32,755 nucleotides of DNA from Bipalium vagum. Its lineage: Eukaryota. The stretch covers positions 1-32,755 of the forward strand of contig JBBMKC010233833.1 in the NCBI GenBank assembly GCA_037834085.1. The letters run 5' to 3'. The notes beneath the pieces were generated by a model that made no database searches, was not told the origin of the DNA, and saw only the letters and a program-made list of their open reading frames with translations. This document shows, one piece after another, positions 24,671 to 32,755 of this stretch; position 1 is the stretch's first letter, and each line of letters begins with the position of its first letter. The position numbers and the translations under genes are program-made.

Positions 24671-26878
24671 GTAAGTTGAACTTAAGATGAAAAATCAAAG
24701 GGTCAATTATGTAATTGTTCATTATTCAATAAAGGGCAATATAGAGTTGTGAAGCCTTCTGGCATTAAGAATGATTTTTCTTTCTAGTTTTATCACGTTA
24801 GTGACTTGTTCTTTTCAAGTCTTCTTAAAAATCAAAGGAAAACTTTTGTCATTTTCCAGCTTTTAGTTGGCTGATTTTCTTAGATATTTCTGATAGATGT
24901 CTCAATGTTATTAAAACAAAATAATAATTTATAATAATTCATCAACTCACCTTAGATTAACTGCTCTGATCTGATCGTTGTCCTTATTCGTTTCATTTGG
25001 CAGTGTTCAATATCAGTGTCAATAATCTCTTGAGATTGGAAATTCTGTGGGGGGATTTCGAATATTTGGGCATATTCCTAATTGTTGTTTGCAAAGTGAG
25101 AATGACTTGAAATATTACTGATTGATTCAAGACTTTATTATGGAAATCTGGAGATGTACAAACATACAGTGCTCAAATTATTTTAACTTTCATTAAAATA
25201 AGACATTAAATACGATTTGTTACAGTCATTCTCAGATCAGTTTTTATCATAGTTTAAAGTGATCTGGTAATTATTTCTATTCTCATAATCTTCAATTTCC
25301 ATACAGACGGTTTTGATTTTTCTCATTTGAAATGCAATTAGACAAAGTATTATTAATCATAGTTAAAAGAAATTAATAAAATAATAATAATCATATATTA
25401 ATATTAATATTAACAATAGTAATAAAATATTAATAATAATAATAAATAATTTTAATATGTTTAATGTAAATAAAAATTTATAAAAATTAATTTGCAAGAA
25501 TTGTTTAAATGGTGATGTAGAATTTTACAATACCAATGTCATGAAAATCGATAAAAATAGTAAATGAGGAATAAAAATAGACAAAAAATTATATTATTAA
25601 TGACAAATAACATATATAGTAAGTAGAATACGGTAGCTTACCCTATATTATGCTCTTGAAATGTTTCCTTTAATTGATAATATTAACTCAATTCTTCGCT
25701 GGAAGGACAATTTTTTGGTTTGCAGCTCTCGGGTAGTACTAAAGGAAAATTCTTCGTGTTTCATTTCAAGTAGATTTTTTGGTTTTTGGTAATGGAAAAC
25801 CCTTTATTAAGAGTACCCGAAAACCAATAATGAACTGGTATTATTTCCTTTTTTGTAACTCTTGGGCAATTTTCATTTCCATAATAACATCGAATTAAGT
25901 CAATTTTATAATCTAGATTTACACCTAAATTTAAAATCTTTTTCACCAGTTATTCATTAAAACAAAAAACCTTTTATAAGTTTCAAAAAATATATAGATT
26001 TAAATAAAATATATTTTCCTACAAAATTGACAGAAAACAATTTTATTTTCCTGAGTTTGATACAAGCGGCATTTGTTAAAGGGAAATTTAAAAATAATAA
26101 TTTCAAAGAAGTATAAAATATTAGAAATATATATAAATAAATGTACAACAAGGAAAAATTGTTTTAATTAATGAATCATCTATCATTAAAATTAATTTTT
26201 ATTAAGTGTTCAATAAAGGGTAAATATAAAATCAATATAGGAAGAAAATGCAACAATTTTTTGCTCGATTTTTGTCAAAAAAAGTTGCATAAAATGGAAA
26301 ATAATGATGTGCCATTTAGTGCATAAAATATTTAAAATTAATTAAAATAAAATTATTACAAGCAAAAGAATAAATGAGTTTTCGGTAATAATTTTCCATA
26401 GGCAATTTGGCAGCTCGCCAGAAACGATAAACTTTTAAATCAGGCCTATTGGTTGGAATAGGATTTATTGTCGTTTGCTTCAGATCTCACACTTACATTA
26501 GGGTAGCCGCTTCTCGATCAATCTTTGTGTCTTGAATTAGAGACAAAAACCAAAGTTGAGTAGAAAATGTCGAGTTTTATTTCAAAATTCCATGCTTAAA
26601 ATCAAATTACCTCTTGCCTTATCGAAAAGGTTATCTGCAGCCTTCTTAAGTAAATGGGAATGCCCTATTCATAACATTTTCATTCAGATTTCTTGAGGTT
26701 AAAGTTAAACATTAAGCACAAGATATAAGACTCGTACAAATAATTGAGAAATAATTCTCTATATTTTTTGGGTGTCAGATTCAGAATACGGGTCGAAACA
26801 ATTACAAGAAATTTCAGTCACAGAATGATGTTAGATGATGTTTTTGCTTTACATGTCACGGTTGTAAAACATAATATT

Positions 26879-26907
26879 ACATTGTAACATTGTAACATTG
26901 TAACATT
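26879..26907. repeat. Short tandem repeat (ACATTGTA)x3.6
   Basis: acattgtaacattgtaacattgtaacatt seen directly. Confidence 0.85.
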
Positions 26908-27379
26908 TATAAATGTCATAGAATTAAGACTTGTCAATGTAAGAATTAAAATGAATAGGTTATTCAAGAAATAATATAACATTTATATCCCAAGCTAAAT
27001 GATTGGTCATTCCAAAAGTGTTTAAAAAGTCGATAAAATACACAAAATCAATCACAAACTTAAAGTATGAGAGACGAATGATTACAATAGACTAGAAATG
27101 TACCTGAAAATCAAAGGATTTGGAAAGACCACTAAAAGTACTTCGTTGTCGGCAATTTTTAAAATTCTTGAACTTATAAAATTCCTGAACTCTTTGAGTA
27201 TTACACTTAGGATACATAGTGAATATTTTAAACCATCTCAAAAAATTAAACTACACATGCACATCTGCTGGAAAGCAGTGATCTCATTCATCGAGCCGCG
27301 TAGCTCTAATTCGATTTTTGTTACAAGTGTGTAATCAAGATCTTGTGTATCAAATTGTTAACGTAATTCAAAAAATGAA

Positions 27380-27560
27380 AAAATCTAGTTTACATGAACC
27401 GTGAAAAATGCTTACCTTGTTCCAAGTATTCAATATTGTCATTAATAAAATCTTTCTTTGTTTGAATAATTAATTAATTAATCTGTACGCGAATATCTGA
27501 GCTTCCCGTTCTTTTGTCATCATAGAAACAAACACTCTCGCCTGATTCGAACTCTGTTTA
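27380..27560 (-). mobile_element. Possible gypsy integrase C-terminal remnant
   Basis: EFESGESVCFYDDKRTGSS followed after a frameshift by FTVHVN*I resembles FxxGDxVxxY...G...VHVNRLK. Confidence 0.33.
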
Positions 27561-27694
27561 CAACAACAAAAAAGAGATTACATTACGTCAACAGGCTGTG
27601 TAATTGATGTATGAGTTGCTATTTTATTTTTACCATTTCCGAAAGTATTTGAGTTCAACATTTTACAAAAATGATAAAAATATTTCGATTAAAG

Positions 27695-28979
27695 TAAACT
27701 GTGTTTATAAATCGTTTATGAATTTTACTTAATATCAGGATTTTAATTAAAAAAATGGTAGTTTCGGAGATATGTACAAATGCGTTCGAAGAATTCCGAG
27801 AAAATTTCATTTAAAAATGCACGATAATTGAATCTCTTTTGAATAGATTTATTGGAATTTCATTGATTAGCTTTTAAATTTTATTATTTAAAGAGATATC
27901 ATTGTTTAAGTAATCGTATAAAAATCAACCAACTGTGTCAATTATCAGTATTTGAAGATCATCAGATTTGTATTAAATTTTATCAGTGGGACAATATTTT
28001 ATGTTCCAGAGCACTGAAAATAATGAAGAAGTAAGGATCCCAAACATGCATTCATCTATCGTACGATGTCTTTATAGAAGGCAAAGAGTTCGTGGTAGAC
28101 AACCAACAATCCGGAACATCATCCACATCAACAGACGATGGAAACGTAGAAAAAGATATCCGGTGCAAAATTATATCGGGTTACAATGCGAGATAGAGAG
28201 AGAGATCTAAAAAATTGGAATGTTAATTAGATTTTGCCAATCGATTTTGAAATACAGATGGTAAATAAAGCACTGCATCTCGACTTGAACCGAAGAATTT
28301 TAATTTTTTGCAAAAGCATTAAAATGCTCTTCTCGTTCAAGAAAAAATGTGGAAAAATCTTGTTGGAAAACACTATTAACGGTGATGAGATATGGGTATA
28401 TCAGTATCATGCAGAAACAAGGTGAGAACCAAGTTAATGGCTTGAAAAAATTAGCAGAAATCTAATTTTTCATTAAACCAATTCCAACATCAAGATCTTA
28501 CAAATCATTTCTTGTGAATGTTGTCAAACAGTAAATTATGAATATCACTTGCAAGTCATGTGTTGTTTGAGAGAAGAAGCTCTTAAAAGAATACCGAATT
28601 TTTGGGTAAACAACTAATTGATTTTGCATCACATTAATGCAGTATCTCATGCTACCTTCATTAGTAAATTTTTGGCCAAACATCAAACTAAGAACATTCT
28701 TCAAGCACCATATTCACCTGATATGTATCCGTGTGACTTCTTCATTTTCTCTCGGTTGACTTCAACACTTAGTAGTCATCATATTAAGTCAGTAGAACAG
28801 ATTCAAGACAATTTTATACAGGACCTGATGATTATTTCGGAAACAGAATATAAAAAACGTTTCGATGATTGGAAGAAATGATAATATATACTTGGAAGGA
28901 GAGACCATAAGTTTTGATAATTAAATAAATATTTTGTGTTTTATTTGAGAGTTGTCAAAACTTTTTCATCACAGTATTA
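27695..28979 (+). mobile_element. Degenerate mariner (DD34D) DNA transposon with transposase pseudogene at ~27950-28905; left boundary approximate
   Basis: Ordered mariner motifs across frameshifts and stops: EDHQICIKFY, FIEGKEFVVDNQQSGTSSTSTDDGNVEK, INGDEIWVYQYHAETR*, TVNYEYHLQVMCCLREEALKRIPNFWVNN*, ILHHINA (second Asp lost), APYSPDMYPCDFFIF, RFDDWKK and YLEGE. TIR-like end ctttttcatcacagtatta at ~28961-28979, with a weak counterpart taaactgtg at ~27695. Confidence 0.92.
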
Positions 28980-31900
28980 AACTCTTAGTTGAAATAATAT
29001 CGTTCCCTGGTTTTTCGATTCTTAATCTTCGTTATCAGAAAAAGCAAAAATGTTCGTACCATCGTAAGCTATGGTATAAATATTTTAATCTCTTTATACC
29101 TTTTTCATTGTCTGCCCTTTGAACACAATGATTGGATGCACTGTTCAAAGATCAAAGATCCAAGAACTTACTGGGCTGAAGAAATAATACCTTATACCTT
29201 TGAAATAAGGCTTGAAAAAAGATATAAACTATCGACTTGAAATGATCATAATTGAAACGATCATAAATTATACGTAGTTTCCAAGATTAGACAAAAAGTA
29301 TATCTATTCAAAATTAACTTTCACTACCTTGGAACAAAGGATTTTCATACTTTCATAACAACCTAAATGAAAAGCTTATTTTCTCAATCACAGAGATGGA
29401 TCACAAAAGAAGATTAAATAAATTCCATTCACATCTTCGTTTATCATTTATTTATAAAAATTACAATTGTTCTTTTGCAAAGAAACATAAATCTTCTCCA
29501 CATTGTTAAAAATGTAATTTTCACTGGCTTCTATTCTGGCTCGAGAGGAAGTTTTCCTTGATGAAAAGCAAAATCCTACAAGGGATTAGTTTAGAGTTAA
29601 TACTTAGGATATTTTAATCAATTCATAAATCGTGTGTTGATTCTGCGGATTTGACGGGAAATTATTCTTTTAAACAAATAATCTTATTAAATTTTTGTTT
29701 TAACTTTTGACTAAGTTTTTATTCAATCTAATTTTATATTTGTACTACTTTTATACAAGATCAAATGATTATGATCTCAACCATTTTATTTTAAATGAGA
29801 TTTTATTTATTATTTTATCTAGAATTATCTTTGAAAATATATTTCGTTATTTGTTTAAAAATATTCTCCAGAATTTTTTTTAATAGTTTAAAATTAAAAT
29901 AAATTATCTAAGTATTTTTATATTTTATTATTATATAATTTTTGATTTTATTTTTATTTGTAAGTGATAATTAATAAGAAAAATAAAGAATAATAAAATA
30001 ATATTTTAAGAAAAAACTTAATTAAAATAATTTTTGTTTTAATTGATTAAAAATTTAATAATCAAGCTTATAATATGTTAAAAATATTTTAATAATAATT
30101 TTATGAAACATTCAATATTAGTTAATATTCTGCACTTTTAATAATAAAAGTTTATTGTAACCAATAATAATTTGTCAAAATTGATGCCAAGTTAAATAAA
30201 TAAATATAATTCAAGTGAGGGTATGATGAACAAAGGTTTCGAAATACTGGTCATGGATACATCGCCTTCCTTCTTCGAAGCAACACGTGTTGGAACATAT
30301 TTGTAACGAAATGTTAATATTTATCTTTGAGTGTCCGGTCACTTATCTAAACGTACAGCTTCTCAATAATGAATGATGTGTGATCTGAAGTGTGATTTAT
30401 GTGCATATCTTTGACAAGTGAACAAACAACAGACGAAGACCATTAAAACAATTTTTCATAACAGTACCATATAATGAAATAACCCAGACATACTTGCTTT
30501 GTTGCATATAATAAAGAAGAAAAAAATAATGAATATAAAAAAAATAAAAAAAAATAATAATCATTATATAATTTGTTACTAAGTTCTCTGGAATTTCTAG
30601 GTTTTATATGACAACGGAATTGGCTTAAAATACATATATGGACAAGTTCAACTTAAGATCACGTTTGAATAACATTAGTCTCAAATGTTGTCTCAATCAC
30701 TTGGTCAGACGTGCTTGCAACTGAAAAAGTCTGAAAAAATGTTCCTGTTTTGACTTCGATCGTGATATAATTGACCTCAAATTCTGTCTATCTTGGGAAA
30801 AAACCGGGAAATTTTTTCAATATTTCACTTTCCTAAATAAGTTAGAGCCCATTTAACACAGACCCTTAGAAATATTTCTAAGATGAGGTCATTTTAAGTT
30901 CACGTCTTTTATTAAAATTTGAACAATCTTTGGGTAAAAAATATCAATGATTTCTTTTCAAGTGATGGAAATCTCTGCCATCTCACTAATAGATAAGAAT
31001 CACGAAAGATATTTCCTTTAATTATATGTTTCTATGCTCGTTTTACAAACAAAAAAGTGTCTTGTATCACATATCTACCCTAGTAATGGATTTGTATTGA
31101 TAAACGGTTTTCATGGATATCAGCTGTTTCTGAAAAGGAAGCTGGTGAAAAATGATTCTTGTGAAATAAGAATCATTCTTAAATTCTTTGGGAAATTTCT
31201 CTGAAATAATAGACTCATTCTGTGAATCATTGTCCAATGACAAATTGGTCAGATGGAGGCTGCCACATTCCTTTTCCATTAATGGCATACGGAACCATAG
31301 AATTTAGAGAATTATTTTTTATCAACTCATTTCATTTATTTTGGACATTAATTAAATAATTTTCCTTTAGTTTTTCTATTCTTTAAATTTGAGCAGTTAA
31401 TTACTTAGGGGAAAATGGAAAACACAGTCAAACAGTGTTTTAGCAGCCCGAATGGATTTGCAGTTTATTTACGGTTCACTGTTCATTTATATATTAATAG
31501 GCAAAGTTGAATAAACAATACCTACTTATTCATATAAATATCTATTATTTCTTACTTCTTTCCCTCTCTCGTGTGGGATATATTCATTAAAATAAAATTT
31601 CACGAGTCACGTATGTCAAATTTGATGGTTACTGAAGACCATAAATATTTTGACGAGAAATATCAATAGACAAGTTATTTTAATTATTTATTTTTCACAG
31701 AAATATTTCCAGCGGTTTCGATCACAATATCATTGTATTACTTTTAATTATTATATATTTCTGTAATTGTTCTGAAAACGTGTTTTCAGTTGGTTTATTT
31801 ACCACTATTTTTCTAAGGATCTTCTTAGAAACAGTTTTGTTGGGTATTGGTAGATTACTGGTATTATTCGAACTCGTTAAGTCAAAATTGAACGTAATAT

Positions 31901-32755
31901 TTATTTCACGAATATAATTAACTAGTTGAAAAGTGAGCCGCTTATTAATCAATATTTAAACAAATTGCTTTTCATAAAATATTTTAATACAATTTTAATT
32001 GAGATTAATTTAATTATTTATTCTATAAAACTATAAATTTATTTTATTTTAAAATTTAATAATTTTATATTTACGCTCATATTTAATATCTTACTTTACT
32101 TTTTTTAAAATTTAGTTTTTAATTTACATTTAATTCAAATTTAATGTTTACAAATTTCATCAACAACTTAATGCATTAAAAAAATAATAAAAATATTTTT
32201 TTCTAATTTTATTATCCTTGGTTTCAAAATATTTCAAAATATAATTTATAAATATTAACAAAAAAAATAAAAAGAAAAAGTTAATTTCTTTCTGAAAGAA
32301 AAATTCACTGGATTAGGAATTATTCAAAATTTTATAATTATTTTATTTATTTTATATTGAAAATTAAAAAGGGGAATTATTTTTTAGGGAAAAAATCAAA
32401 AGAAAATAATTTTTGTTTTTCTGCAAATACAGAGCTTTTTTCTTTTTTTCTAAAAATTTTCCCCTGTATTTTTAAAACAAAAAATTAATATTATTCATTT
32501 GATTTTATAATTATTTCCGGTAACCAAACTGTTCCCGTTGTTTCCTGAAAGATAAATTAGGAATTTTTACAAATTTTCTTACATTCATTATAATAGGAAA
32601 AATGTAAATGTATAATAATTTATAAATTAATTAAGATATTTTTTTATATCGGAAACCCATCGAGAATAAATTGCATGTTTAGTAAAATAAATTAATTAAA
32701 ATTATGCAAAATAGGCAGAAAGAATGTGATTGAAATTGAAAGAAACAGAATTTTA

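Noticed and set aside
27986-28210. 74-aa Arg-rich ORF
   Set aside because: Out-of-frame reading of the mariner transposase remnant.
31067-31288. 73-aa - strand ORF in a GC-elevated patch
   Set aside because: No recognisable motif or splice context; likely decayed repeat.
1-32755. Prokaryotic systems (operons, CRISPR arrays), tRNA or rRNA genes
   Set aside because: Spliceosomal gene structure and very low coding density. No repeat-spacer arrays, cloverleafs or rRNA motifs seen.

Overview
Very AT-rich eukaryotic (animal) genomic DNA, not prokaryotic. Most ORFs in the six-frame track are spurious or transposon debris. The main feature is the 5' part of a large + strand intron-rich gene whose exons can be joined by hand in consistent phase: 5361-5394, 18346-18391, 21577-21620, 24328-24505, 24561-24670. 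They encode a signal peptide plus one I-set immunoglobulin domain resembling that of Ror-family receptor tyrosine kinases. The Frizzled, kringle and kinase domains are not in the window, so Ror is unproven. The signal peptide is split by a ~13 kb intron and the N-terminus is built from very short exons. A probable second multi-exon gene runs divergently on the - strand off the left edge, and a consensus RFX X-box lies between the two genes. The introns hold decayed transposons (mariner, rosa/DD41D, pogo/Tigger, a MITE, and probable MULE, gypsy and LINE fragments), microsatellites and a 137-N assembly gap. They also hold an intact minimal type I hammerhead ribozyme of the Penelope kind on the - strand (19240-19307). 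AT content, 55-nt introns, GTT-type donors and microexons would fit a flatworm such as a planarian, but that is inference. I found no convincing new multi-gene system; the best leads are the antisense intronic hammerhead and the microexon architecture of the receptor gene.
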